Assembly: GCA_023251235.1 (NCBI GenBank)
Contig: JAHEZE010000004.1
Coordinates: forward strand, 654 to 64,653
Direction: 5' to 3'
Origin: Sphingobacteriales bacterium
GTDB taxonomy: Bacteria; Bacteroidota; Bacteroidia; Chitinophagales; Chitinophagaceae
Length of the DNA stretch: 64,000 bases
The position numbers were made by a program, and so were the translations under genes. Under the pieces are notes generated by a model. The model had not been told where the DNA came from and made no database searches. It worked only from the letters and a program-made list of their open reading frames with translations. Numbering within the stretch: the stretch's first letter is position 1; the number at the start of each line of letters is the position of its first letter. Shown here piece after piece: positions 26,152 to 35,480 of this stretch.

Positions 26152-27000
26152 ATGATCAACAGCATCTGTGTTTGCGGGGCCGGTACTATGGGAAGGGGTA
26201 TTGCACAAGCGGCTGCAATGGCTGGTTTTTATACAACCCTGTATGAACTCAATGAAAGTGTTTTGGAAAAAGCAAAAGATTCAATTGAAAAAAGTCTACA
26301 GGCCCTTGTTGTAAAAAATAAAATACGCCTAACAGCAAAAGAAGATACACTTAATCACCTTCATTTTACCAATAAGCTTTCTGATTGTATTGCTGATGTT
26401 GTTATTGAAGCCATCTTTGAAAAACCGGAAGCAAAGATTGCACTGTTCAACCAATTGGTAGAGATCAATCACAGTGAAACCATATTTGCCAGCAATACAT
26501 CTTCATTATCCGTAACAGAAATTGCAAAAGGAGTTAAGAACCCGGAAAGAGTGATAGGGATGCATTTCTTTAATCCTGCCCCGGTGATGAAACTAGTAGA
26601 AGTAGTAAATACAGAATTTACCAATAAACAAACCACAGCAATCATATTAGAACTGGCAAAACAAATGGGCAAAACTTCAGTACACTGTAAAGACTCTCCC
26701 GGTTTTATTGTGAACCGTGTAGCAAGACCATTTTATATTGAATCCTTGCGGTTGGCAGAAGAAAAAATTGCTGATTTCTCAACCATTGATTCACTGATGG
26801 AATCAACTGGTTTTAAAATGGGTCCTTTTAAACTGATGGACCTTATTGGCAATGATGTTAACTATGCTGTAAGTTGTTCGGTGTATGACCAGCTTGGCCA
26901 GCCCGAAAGATTAAAACCATCTTCTATTCAAAAAGAAAATGTAGAAACCGGTAAACTAGGAAAAAAATCAGGCAAAGGTTATTACGATTACAACTCCTGA
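26152..27000 (+). CDS. 3-hydroxyacyl-CoA / 3-hydroxybutyryl-CoA dehydrogenase
   Basis: 282 aa with a Rossmann GAGTMGRGIA, plus NTSSLS, MHFFNPAP and SPGFIVNR motifs. Confidence 0.9.
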   Translation: MINSICVCGAGTMGRGIAQAAAMAGFYTTLYELNESVLEKAKDSIEKSLQALVVKNKIRLTAKEDTLNHLHFTNKLSDCIADVVIEAIFEKPEAKIALFNQLVEINHSETIFASNTSSLSVTEIAKGVKNPERVIGMHFFNPAPVMKLVEVVNTEFTNKQTTAIILELAKQMGKTSVHCKDSPGFIVNRVARPFYIESLRLAEEKIADFSTIDSLMESTGFKMGPFKLMDLIGNDVNYAVSCSVYDQLGQPERLKPSSIQKENVETGKLGKKSGKGYYDYNS

Positions 27001-27046
27001 TACAATTAATTCACTTCCCATAAGTTTGCAGTTAATAACTAATAAA

Positions 27047-28099
27047 ATGAATCTTCAAAACACCTTTGTAAGGGATAGGGGTCAGGTACTGGTAACAGGT
27101 GGAACCGGATTCATCGGAGCTTATATAATAAAAGAGTTAATTGAAAAAGGCTATACTGTCCGTGCAATCCGGCGCAGTAAAAAACCCGATGGCTATCGGG
27201 TTCCTTTTTTTATTGCTCCTGAAATTTTAAATAAAGTGGAATGGGTGGATGGTGATGTACTCGATGTTGTCTCCCTGGATGAGGCGATGAAAGATGTAGA
27301 TACAGTTATTCATTGTGCTGCGGTCATTTCTTTCTTTAAAAATGAAAGAAAAAATATGTACAGTGTGAATGTAGATGGAACTGCTAATATTGTAAATCTG
27401 GCGCTGGAAAATAATATAAAAAAACTAATACATATCAGTTCTATTTCAGCCCTGGGCAGAACAAAAAATGGAGATCATGTAAATGAAGAAAAGAAATGGA
27501 CGCAAAGCAAGCTTAATACCCACTATGGAATCAGCAAGTATAAAGCAGAAATGGAAGTGTGGCGGGCCATGGGTGAAGGATTAGATGCTGTCATAATAAA
27601 TCCAAGCACCGTATTAGGTTTTGGAGACTGGGACAATGGAAGTTCCGCAATATTTAAAAATATTTATACCGAATTCCCCTGGTACACTACCGGTATTAAT
27701 GGATTTGTTGATGTAGAGGATGTGGCGAAAGCAACGGTACTTTTATTGGAAAGTAAAATAACAGAAGAACGGTATATTATCAATAGTGAAAACTTAGTTT
27801 TCAAAAACTTGTTTGATATCATTGCCGGCAACTTTGGTAAAAAGTGTCCTTCCAGAGAAGCAACTCCCTTTTTAAGTGCAATTGCCTGGCGATTGGAGAA
27901 AATAAAATCTTTTTTTCTGAGAAGCAGGCCTTTGCTTACAAAAGAAACCGTAAGGATTGCTATGAGTAAAACTTTCTGGCAAAATGACAAATTACTTAAA
28001 GCTTTACCGGGTTTTACCTTTACTCCTTTGGAAAAATCCATTCAGCATATTTGCAAAAAATACGAAGAAGCCATAAAGAATATGCAACTAAATCTATAG
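27047..28099 (+). CDS. NAD-dependent epimerase/dehydratase family (extended SDR)
   Basis: ATG at 27047. It has VTGGTGFIGAYI and the catalytic YGISK (YxxxK). Confidence 0.8.
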   Translation: MNLQNTFVRDRGQVLVTGGTGFIGAYIIKELIEKGYTVRAIRRSKKPDGYRVPFFIAPEILNKVEWVDGDVLDVVSLDEAMKDVDTVIHCAAVISFFKNERKNMYSVNVDGTANIVNLALENNIKKLIHISSISALGRTKNGDHVNEEKKWTQSKLNTHYGISKYKAEMEVWRAMGEGLDAVIINPSTVLGFGDWDNGSSAIFKNIYTEFPWYTTGINGFVDVEDVAKATVLLLESKITEERYIINSENLVFKNLFDIIAGNFGKKCPSREATPFLSAIAWRLEKIKSFFLRSRPLLTKETVRIAMSKTFWQNDKLLKALPGFTFTPLEKSIQHICKKYEEAIKNMQLNL

Positions 28100-28114
28100 G
28101 AACAGTATCTTTAA

Positions 28115-29212
28115 GTGACAATACTTTATTCTGTGAAGCATCTACTTTTTTTATTTCTTTTATTATTATCCTCCTGCCTTATTTATAGTCAGTCAATTTT
28201 TACGGTAACCGGTAAAATTGTTGATTCCACCACTGGAGAAGCTCTTGCATCCGCTTCGGTATTTTGTCAGAATACTACCCAGGGTACTGCTTCTAACAAA
28301 GAAGGATCCTTTAACCTGAGCCTGAAAGAAGGTGGATATGATCTTATCATTACTTATACCGGATACAAATCACAACTGTTCCGTATTAGCCCTGAATTAA
28401 AAACACATGACCTCCTGATTTTAATGACGAAAGAAGAAAAAAGTATTGAAGAAGTAGTGATACGAAGCAGCAACGAAGTAAAAGATGGCTGGGAAAAATA
28501 TGGTCAGTTCTTTTTAGAAAATTTTATCGGCTCTACTCCTTTTGCCTCACAATGCATTTTGCAAAATCCTGAAGTTGTAAAGTTTTATTATTTCCGAAAA
28601 TCAGATAAACTGAAAGTGCTGGCGGAAGAACCCCTGATCATCTTTAATTATGCTCTCGGTTATAACCTTCGCTATAACCTGGATTCATTTCTTTTCAGGT
28701 ACAAAACAGAAATATGCAGCTATTCAGGCTTTTGTTTTTATGAAGAAATGACCGGCAGCGAAGACAGTGCAGGAACATGGAAAAATAACCGTGAAAAAGC
28801 ATACCGGGGTAGCCGTTTGCAGTTTATACATAGTTACTTTGATAGTACCCTTATTGAAAATGGATTTGTTCTGGCCGAATTAAATGAAACGGATGACACT
28901 AAGTTTAATACGATTACCGATCCTTATGATACCACTTATTATAACTCAATTGACAGCGTAGACGAAAAAGAAATTTATTTCCCAAGAAGAATCAGCATTA
29001 CCTATACAAAAAGAAATCCGGAAAATGAATACCTGAAAAAATATAAGCTGCCATTAAATATAGGCGTGCAAATATCGTATGTTGATATGCAGGATATAAT
29101 TAACATAAAACAAAATGGTTACTATTACAACCAGAAAGACTGGATCAACTATGGATACTGGAGCTGGAAAAATATAGCTGACCAGGTGCCGAATGATTAT
29201 ATGCCGGAGTAA
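28115..29212 (+). CDS. Carboxypeptidase-regulatory-like domain protein, C-terminal domain unknown
   Basis: GTG start, with an alternative GTG at 28133. It has a signal peptide and a CarboxypepD_reg-like N-domain (VTGKIVDSTTGEALASASVF). Confidence 0.55.
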   Translation: MTILYSVKHLLFLFLLLLSSCLIYSQSIFTVTGKIVDSTTGEALASASVFCQNTTQGTASNKEGSFNLSLKEGGYDLIITYTGYKSQLFRISPELKTHDLLILMTKEEKSIEEVVIRSSNEVKDGWEKYGQFFLENFIGSTPFASQCILQNPEVVKFYYFRKSDKLKVLAEEPLIIFNYALGYNLRYNLDSFLFRYKTEICSYSGFCFYEEMTGSEDSAGTWKNNREKAYRGSRLQFIHSYFDSTLIENGFVLAELNETDDTKFNTITDPYDTTYYNSIDSVDEKEIYFPRRISITYTKRNPENEYLKKYKLPLNIGVQISYVDMQDIINIKQNGYYYNQKDWINYGYWSWKNIADQVPNDYMPE

Positions 29213-29217
29213 TACAC

Positions 29218-29345
29218 GTTGAAAGGTTAAATGTCGTTTAAGAGTTTAAAGTTTTTCAAAACTGAAATTTCCTGACGGTTATATGGAATATAAAAATATA
29301 AAAACTCAACTTTAAACCTTTAAACTATTCAACCCTTAAACCTTC
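29218..29345. repeat. Inverted pair of ~8-nt-period arrays (GTTnAAAG-type, spacer, CTTTAAAC-type) between convergent genes
   Basis: The left array at 29218-29251 reads gttgaaag gttaaatgtc gtttaaga gtttaaag. The right array at 29303-29345 reads aactcaac tttaaac ctttaaac tattcaac ccttaaac cttc. The right end overlaps the lpxD stop and last codons. Confidence 0.7.
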
Positions 29346-30286
29346 TTCCCCATCACTTTATTCCACAGATCAGGAATGCGTTTTATCCAAATGAATTCTT
29401 TCATTTTTTCCCGGGCTTCCTCTACCGGTGATCCAAAATAAACTTTACCACCTTCAATTGAATCTTTCACTCCACTCTGAGCGTATACTATTGCACCTTT
29501 CCCAATCGTAAGTGTTTTACTTATCCCCACCTGCCCCCATAATATCACTTCATCTTCAATTTTTGTAGCTCCCGCAATTCCGACCTGGCCTGCAAAAAGA
29601 CAGTTTTTTCCTATTTCAGTATCATGACCAATTTGTACAAGATTGTCAATCTTGGTTCCAGCTCCGATAATTGTGTCGCCACTCACACCCCTGTCTATTG
29701 TACATCCTGCTCCAATCTCAACATAATCTTCAATAACCACTCTGCCGCAACTTTTCATTTTTTTATAATGAACATCCCGGTTGGTTTTTTTATTATAATA
29801 AAAAGCATCGCTTCCGATTACCGTCCCAGCCTGGATGATTACATTGTTCCCAAGAATACAGTGATCGAGTATAGTTACATTCGGATAGATGATACAATCT
29901 TTGCCGATAACTACATTATTTCCGATATATATATTTGGCATGATGGTGGTTCCCTCCCCTATTACGGCCGTTTCACTTATTGCTGTTAAAGATGGAGTAA
30001 ACGGACGGAAGTGATTGACCAGTTTTAAATAAGCTTCAAAAGGATCGTTCACTATCAATAAAGTTTTCCCATCCGGACACTCCGCTTTTTTATTAATAAG
30101 GATTACTGTGGCAGCAGAATGAATACATTTATCATAATACTTTGGATGATCAACAAAAACTATATCGCCCGGTTCTACCTGATGTATCTCATTAATACCG
30201 GTAGCAATTCCGGAAGTATTTCCTATGATCGTAGCTTCTGAAAATTCAGCTATCCATTTTACCGAAACCGGGTTTTTAAATTTCAT
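29336..30286 (-). CDS. lpxD: UDP-3-O-acylglucosamine N-acyltransferase
   Basis: Left-handed beta-helix hexapeptide repeats. The start is most likely the ATG at 30286 (MKFKNPVSVKWIAEF). Confidence 0.9.
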   Translation of the reverse strand: MKFKNPVSVKWIAEFSEATIIGNTSGIATGINEIHQVEPGDIVFVDHPKYYDKCIHSAATVILINKKAECPDGKTLLIVNDPFEAYLKLVNHFRPFTPSLTAISETAVIGEGTTIMPNIYIGNNVVIGKDCIIYPNVTILDHCILGNNVIIQAGTVIGSDAFYYNKKTNRDVHYKKMKSCGRVVIEDYVEIGAGCTIDRGVSGDTIIGAGTKIDNLVQIGHDTEIGKNCLFAGQVGIAGATKIEDEVILWGQVGISKTLTIGKGAIVYAQSGVKDSIEGGKVYFGSPVEEAREKMKEFIWIKRIPDLWNKVMGKKV

Positions 30287-30647
30287 AAAAATAAATTTGA
30301 CCAAAGGTAACCACCTTTGCAGAGCTATTACTTACAAATAACTGATGTGGTGACGAGTTATAATTTAATGCTTTCAATTTATTTATATTTCTTTATTCTT
30401 ATATAAACCTTGCAGAGCAACATTCTTCATTGAAGTAAGGTTTTATATTGAACGCTTTTAAAATCATGATTTAAAAAAAGTTTAATGATTGCACATTCAA
30501 TAGTTATAAAAATTATAATCCCTTATCCACAACAACAGTCAGAATGTTAATAAAAAAAATCAAAAAAATTTTTTACTTAGCAAAAATTGTTATTAATATT
30601 GTGTAGGGAAATTTATTTCCCGGTACTTACTAACCCATCCACATATT

Positions 30648-30679
30648 TCTCTCCTGGTTTTCCGGGGGAGATTTTTTTT
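30648..30679 (+). terminator. Orphan rho-independent terminator with no upstream plus-strand CDS of 60 aa or more
   Basis: A 10-bp stem (tctctcctgg / ccgggggaga, two G-U pairs) with loop tttt, followed by T8. It is preceded by the 6-bp hairpin gggaaatttatttccc at 30606-30621. Confidence 0.6.
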
Positions 30680-30810
30680 ATACCCCATCCTTTAAAGGGA
30701 TTAAAATAAACTCCCTTTCACTTTTCATTTTCAATTATTCAATGCGGCCTGTACATTCATACTATTCATTAATTTTTTACAATACCTTTACTCACCTCAA
30801 AATAAAATAC

Positions 30811-31686
30811 ATGTTGAAATCAATGACCGGATTTGGAAGAGTGGAAAAATCAGTGGGAGATAAAACCTTCCAGGTTGATATAAAATCACTGAATGGAAAA
30901 CAATTTGAACTGCAATTGAAGCTTCCGGCTTTTTTAAAACCTTTTGAATTTGAAATCCGGCGTATTCTTTCTGCAAAATTGGGTCGTGGTAATGTGGATT
31001 GTACCATCAGTCTTAAGGAAACCGGCAATGCAAAACCGGTTTCTATAAATAAGGAACTGGCAAAAGCTTATTACAAACCCCTGGCGGAATTATCGAAAGA
31101 ACTGAATCTCGATCCTTCTCATATTTTAAGTACGCTGGTTAAATTGCCAGAGGTAATTACTCCAACGGGAGAAACTCTCACCGATGAAGAATGGGATGAG
31201 TTTCAAAAAATTATCTATGCAGCTATTGAAGACTTGAATATTCATCGCCTTGACGAGGGAAAATCGTTAGAAAAAGACCTTATTTATCGTATTAGCAATA
31301 TCCGGAAACAAGAGGAAGAAATCCTGAAACTTGAACCCCTGCGCAAGCAAGCCATACGGGAAGGAATAACCAAACTTCTGGAAGAAAATGTGGGGAAAGA
31401 AAACTTTGATAAAAACCGGCTTGAACAAGAGCTAATCTATTACATAGAAAAAATTGATATCAGCGAAGAGCAGGTAAGATTAAAAAATCATTGTGATTAT
31501 TTTATTTCTGTAATGGCAGAAGCAGAAGAATCAAAAGGCAAAAAACTATCTTTTATTTTACAGGAAATTGGCCGGGAAATAAATACTACCGGTTCCAAAG
31601 CATATGATTCAACTATCCAGAAATGTGTTGTGTTAATGAAAGATGAACTGGAAAAAGCAAAGGAACAGGTGCTGAATGTGCTATAG
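30811..31686 (+). CDS. yicC: YicC/YloC family stress-induced endoribonuclease-like protein
   Basis: ATG at 30811 gives MLKSMTGFGR. The C-terminal motif is EIGREINTTGSK. Confidence 0.85.
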   Translation: MLKSMTGFGRVEKSVGDKTFQVDIKSLNGKQFELQLKLPAFLKPFEFEIRRILSAKLGRGNVDCTISLKETGNAKPVSINKELAKAYYKPLAELSKELNLDPSHILSTLVKLPEVITPTGETLTDEEWDEFQKIIYAAIEDLNIHRLDEGKSLEKDLIYRISNIRKQEEEILKLEPLRKQAIREGITKLLEENVGKENFDKNRLEQELIYYIEKIDISEEQVRLKNHCDYFISVMAEAEESKGKKLSFILQEIGREINTTGSKAYDSTIQKCVVLMKDELEKAKEQVLNVL

Positions 31687-31731
31687 ATATTCTGAGCCCT
31701 GATTAATTTTAAATAATTTAGAACAACAAAT

Positions 31732-31766
31732 TTTCAATAATCAATGCTCAATACTCAAGATTCAAT
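31732..31766 (+). repeat. Heptamer array (NNTCAAT x5) overlapping the gldH start region
   Basis: tttcaat aatcaat gctcaat actcaag attcaat. Both candidate ATGs (31744 and 31765) lie inside it. Confidence 0.8.
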
Positions 31767-32268
31767 GCTTGCCCCCCTTAAAAAGGGCGGAGGCTGGTTC
31801 ACTCTTCCAATTAAACTTCTGTGCTTTTTATTACTTATAACATACATCATTTCTTCCTGTACTACTATTGAGCTTTATGAGAAAACGATTGTCATTCCCA
31901 AAAATAAATGGAGCAGTAGTTTTAAACCTGAATTTAATTTCACCATAAAAGATACATCCACATTATACCAGGTATTTTTTGTCATCCGCCATAATGAAAA
32001 ATACAATTACAATAATATCTGGGTCAAACTGTATTCACAACCACCGGGCGATACTCTTCATAATGCAACATATGAGTTATTGCTGGCTACGAATGAAAAA
32101 GGCTGGCTGACTTCGGGAATGGATGATATATATGAGCACAGGATAAAATTGACTGATGAAATCAGGTTAAAGTCCGGAAATTATAAATTCATTATTGAAA
32201 ACATTATGAGAGAAGACCCGCTGTTGAATGTAATGAATGTGGGTTTGCGGGTAGAGAAAAAGAAATAA
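31744..32268 (+). CDS. gldH: Gliding motility lipoprotein GldH
   Basis: It has lipobox IISSC and a GldH-like core (IPKNKW..F.F.I.DT...Y.....RH...Y.Y.N.W). The start is 31744 or 31765. Confidence 0.7.
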   Translation: MLNTQDSMLAPLKKGGGWFTLPIKLLCFLLLITYIISSCTTIELYEKTIVIPKNKWSSSFKPEFNFTIKDTSTLYQVFFVIRHNEKYNYNNIWVKLYSQPPGDTLHNATYELLLATNEKGWLTSGMDDIYEHRIKLTDEIRLKSGNYKFIIENIMREDPLLNVMNVGLRVEKKK

Positions 32269-32285
32269 TCAGCTGGTAATTTATT

Positions 32286-33278
32286 ATGGCACAGATTTCA
32301 GAAAAAAAACTCCGGCTTGCCACTTATACATATTGGTTGCTGCTTTCATATATTGTTGCTGCTCTGGTCTGGTGGTTTATTTCACTTGAAGCACAGAACA
32401 TCCAGATGGCCGATTTGAAAAAAAAACAACTTTTGCTGACAATTAAAAAAGACTCTGACTCTACTCTTTATTATAAAAGGCTGGATGAAATACAAAAGGA
32501 AGCAAAGAGAAATTTCACAAAGTATATCGGTGAAGGATCTACTTTTCTTGCATTAAGCATCCTCGGCGCCCTATTCGTTTATAGATCCATAAGAAGACAA
32601 TTTCTCGTACAGCAGCAACAACAGAATTTTATGATGGCAGTAACTCATGAATTGAAAACTCCGATTGCTGTTGCTAAATTAAACCTGGAGACTCTGCTGA
32701 AACATCAACTTGATGCTGATAAACAAAAAAAAATCATCCAGATGACGCTCCAGGAAACAACAAGGCTTAACGGACTCACCAATAACATTCTTGTTTCTTC
32801 TCAACTCGAAGGGGGTGGCTATAGTTTTTCAAAAGAAGATCTTAATTTTTCCGACTTGTTTAAGGATTGTATTCTTGATTTCAAAAGCAGGTTCCCCGAA
32901 AGAATTTTTACTGAACAGTTGGAGCCGGAAATTGAAGTGCGGGGTGATGCACTCCTGCTGCAAATGATGATAAATAACCTGCTGGAAAATGCAGTTAAAT
33001 ATTCTCCAAAGGAAAAGAACATTATTTGTAAATTAAAAAGGAAAGGCCCTGACGTAATCCTGAATATTATTGATGAAGGTGACGGGATTCCGGATAAGGA
33101 AAAAGAAAAGATTTTTGAAAAATTTTACCGGATAGGTAATGAAGCAACACGAAAAGCCCATGGTACCGGCCTTGGCCTTTATCTCTGCCGGAAGATTGCC
33201 GCTGATCATAATGCCGACATTTCCGTGACAAACAATATACATTCGGGCAGTAATTTTGCCATCATTTTTCATTTATAA
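32286..33278 (+). CDS. Sensor histidine kinase
   Basis: 330 aa with two TM segments, an H-box MMAVTHELKTP, an N-box LLENAVKYSP and a G-box GTGLGLYL. Confidence 0.9.
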   Translation: MAQISEKKLRLATYTYWLLLSYIVAALVWWFISLEAQNIQMADLKKKQLLLTIKKDSDSTLYYKRLDEIQKEAKRNFTKYIGEGSTFLALSILGALFVYRSIRRQFLVQQQQQNFMMAVTHELKTPIAVAKLNLETLLKHQLDADKQKKIIQMTLQETTRLNGLTNNILVSSQLEGGGYSFSKEDLNFSDLFKDCILDFKSRFPERIFTEQLEPEIEVRGDALLLQMMINNLLENAVKYSPKEKNIICKLKRKGPDVILNIIDEGDGIPDKEKEKIFEKFYRIGNEATRKAHGTGLGLYLCRKIAADHNADISVTNNIHSGSNFAIIFHL

Positions 33279-33281
33279 TTC

Positions 33282-33992
33282 ATGAGTAAGGCAAATGCGA
33301 AAGCCTCCATATTACTGGTAGAGGATGAAGAAAATCTTCATGAAGCACTTAAATTAAACCTTGAACTGGAAGGGTATGAAGTTTCCTCAGCTTATGACGG
33401 AGCTTCCGCATTAAAAGCATTCCAGGGGGAATATTTTGATCTTATCATCCTTGATGTAATGCTTCCGGAAATGGACGGTATTAATGTTACTGAAGCTATA
33501 AGGTTATCCAATTCTGAAGTGCCCATTCTTATTCTCAGCGCAAAAAATACAAGTGCTGACAGGGTATTGGGTCTAAAAAAGGGGGCCGATGACTACCTCA
33601 CCAAGCCTTTTAATCTTGAAGAGCTTTTACTTCGTGTTCAAAAATTAATTGAAAAGAATAAAAAACTTCTGGATAAAGAAACAATTGGAAATAGCTATTC
33701 ATTCGGAAACAATACTATTGACTTCAAGGCACAGGAAGCTATAACCTGTAAAGGTGAAAAGATACAACTCAGCAAGAAAGAGGGAATGCTGCTCAAACTA
33801 CTTATTGAAAATAAAAATGAAGTAGTACCCCGGGAAAAAATATTACAGGCAGTTTGGGGATATAATGTTTATCCTACAACGAGAACCATTGACAATTTTA
33901 TACTCAACTTCCGAAAGTATTTTGAGGAAGATAGCCGCAATCCTAAATTCTTTCATTCTGTAAGAGGTGTTGGATATAAGTATACAGAATAG
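33282..33992 (+). CDS. OmpR-family response regulator
   Basis: Receiver domain (LLVEDEE, ILDVMLPEMDG, KP) plus a winged-helix C-terminal domain (VRGVGYKY). Confidence 0.9.
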   Translation: MSKANAKASILLVEDEENLHEALKLNLELEGYEVSSAYDGASALKAFQGEYFDLIILDVMLPEMDGINVTEAIRLSNSEVPILILSAKNTSADRVLGLKKGADDYLTKPFNLEELLLRVQKLIEKNKKLLDKETIGNSYSFGNNTIDFKAQEAITCKGEKIQLSKKEGMLLKLLIENKNEVVPREKILQAVWGYNVYPTTRTIDNFILNFRKYFEEDSRNPKFFHSVRGVGYKYTE

Positions 33993-33995
33993 TAC

Positions 33996-34694
33996 TTACA
34001 AATCACCCAACTGAGGCCTCATGATAATTTCTTCCACACAGGCGCCGGGTGAAAGCTGGCTGGCCGTATAAATCATTTTAGCTACATCCTCCGGTTCCAT
34101 AATCCGGTGAGCAGTGTTGTCAAAGTTGCCCCATGAATCGGTAAGCACGGCCCCGGGGGAAACTGATGTTACTTTAATATTAAAACTTTTCATTTCTTCC
34201 CGCAAATTTTTACTAAATCCCAAAACTGCGTGTTTGCTGATACTGTAAGCGCCGCCATCCTTATAAGCATGATGGGAGGCAATGGAACAAATATTGAAAA
34301 TATGCCCCGTCCTCCTTTCCATCATTTTAGGTAAAAGAATTCTTGTAAGATGATAAGCGCTGTAAAGATTTACCGCCATCTGGCTTTCCAGTAATCCTTC
34401 GGCTTCATTATAAACACTGCCGGGCTTAAAAAGACCAGCATTGTTTACTAATATATCCGGTACACATTGCCCCAGACACCATTCACCAAATTTATGGGAT
34501 TGAATTTTATCACTGAGGTCAGCTGGTCTTGCTTTTATGATTACGGAAGAATATTTCGTAGCCAACTCATCCATCGTTTTGTACAATTTCACTTCATTGC
34601 GGCTGCATAAGTAAAGATGATGACCATTGACAGCAAAAATTTCAGCAATTGCTTTTCCAATTCCTTGTGATGCTCCGGTTATAACGATATTCAT
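33996..34694 (-). CDS. Short-chain dehydrogenase/reductase
   Basis: 232 aa with TGASQGIG, NNAG and YSISK motifs. Confidence 0.85.
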   Translation of the reverse strand: MNIVITGASQGIGKAIAEIFAVNGHHLYLCSRNEVKLYKTMDELATKYSSVIIKARPADLSDKIQSHKFGEWCLGQCVPDILVNNAGLFKPGSVYNEAEGLLESQMAVNLYSAYHLTRILLPKMMERRTGHIFNICSIASHHAYKDGGAYSISKHAVLGFSKNLREEMKSFNIKVTSVSPGAVLTDSWGNFDNTAHRIMEPEDVAKMIYTASQLSPGACVEEIIMRPQLGDL

Positions 34695-34696
34695 AC

Positions 34697-34770
34697 CTAC
34701 GAATTTAGAACTACGAAGTACGAACTTTTTTCACTTCTATCCTTACTTCTTACTTCGTACTTCGTATTTT
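34697..34770. repeat. Inverted pair of heptamer arrays (NTACGAA x4 / NTACTTC-GTACTTC x4) filling a divergent intergenic region
   Basis: ctacgaa tttagaa ctacgaa gtacgaa, spacer, ttacttc ttacttc gtacttc gtatttt. tacgaagtacgaa is the exact reverse complement of ttcgtacttcgta. Confidence 0.85.
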
Positions 34771-34776
34771 GCATTT

Positions 34777-35472
34777 ATGTCTTATCGTCATCTCTTCTTC
34801 GACCTCGATCATACCCTCTGGGATTTTGAAGCTAATGCAAGGGTTACTATGCTGGAATTGTTTGACTCCCTGCAATTAAAAGATAAGGGGGTTTATGATT
34901 TTGAAAAATTTTACAGAATATATCTTGTTAACAATGAAAAACTATGGGAACATTACCGGAATGGCTTAATTAAACAGGATGAGCTTCGAATTAAACGCAT
35001 GCGTCTTTCCCTGCTCGAATTTAAAATAGCCGATGAAATGCTGGCTAATGAAATGAATGTCCGTTTTCTTGATCTGTTACCAACACGAACTATCCTCTTT
35101 CCTTATACAATTGAAATTCTTACTTATCTGTCGGATAAAAAATATGAACTGCATCTCATCACTAATGGTTTTGAAAAAACTCAAAACAGCAAGCTGAAAC
35201 ATTCGGGGTTAGGAAAATTTTTTAAGGAAGTGATCACATCAGAAGCGAGTAATAGTTTAAAGCCCAATAAAGAGATATTCGACTTTGCATTCCGGAAAAC
35301 AGGGGCTTCTAAAAAAGAAAGTATCATGCTTGGTGATAGTATTGACGTAGATATTATTGGCGCTATCAATGCCGGGATTGACCAGGTTTTTATCAATCAC
35401 CATGGCGTTGCTACTGATATAAAACCTACTTATACTGTGAATTCATTAAAAGAATTGGAAGATATTTTTTAA
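34777..35472 (+). CDS. HAD family hydrolase (YjjG-like nucleotidase type)
   Basis: ATG at 34777 gives MSYRHLFFDLDHTLWDF (DxDxT motif). The C-terminal motif is GDSIDVDIIGA. The ORF track's upstream extension to 34627 overlaps the SDR gene and the repeat. Confidence 0.85.
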   Translation: MSYRHLFFDLDHTLWDFEANARVTMLELFDSLQLKDKGVYDFEKFYRIYLVNNEKLWEHYRNGLIKQDELRIKRMRLSLLEFKIADEMLANEMNVRFLDLLPTRTILFPYTIEILTYLSDKKYELHLITNGFEKTQNSKLKHSGLGKFFKEVITSEASNSLKPNKEIFDFAFRKTGASKKESIMLGDSIDVDIIGAINAGIDQVFINHHGVATDIKPTYTVNSLKELEDIF

Positions 35473-35480
35473 TATACTAT

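Noticed and set aside
30523-30531. Perfect DnaA box TTATCCACA in the AT-rich 524-nt gap, as a possible oriC
   Set aside because: There is only one perfect box, plus one 2-mismatch box at 30635-30643. A single 9-mer is expected by chance roughly 0.5 times in 64 kb on both strands. There is no dnaA or dnaN nearby, and I could not evaluate strand-skew switching by eye.
34627-34776. N-terminal extension of the HAD hydrolase ORF (ORF-track start 34627)
   Set aside because: The extension overlaps the SDR gene start on the other strand and is translated from the inverted heptamer arrays. The conserved DxDxT motif follows the ATG at 34777 immediately.
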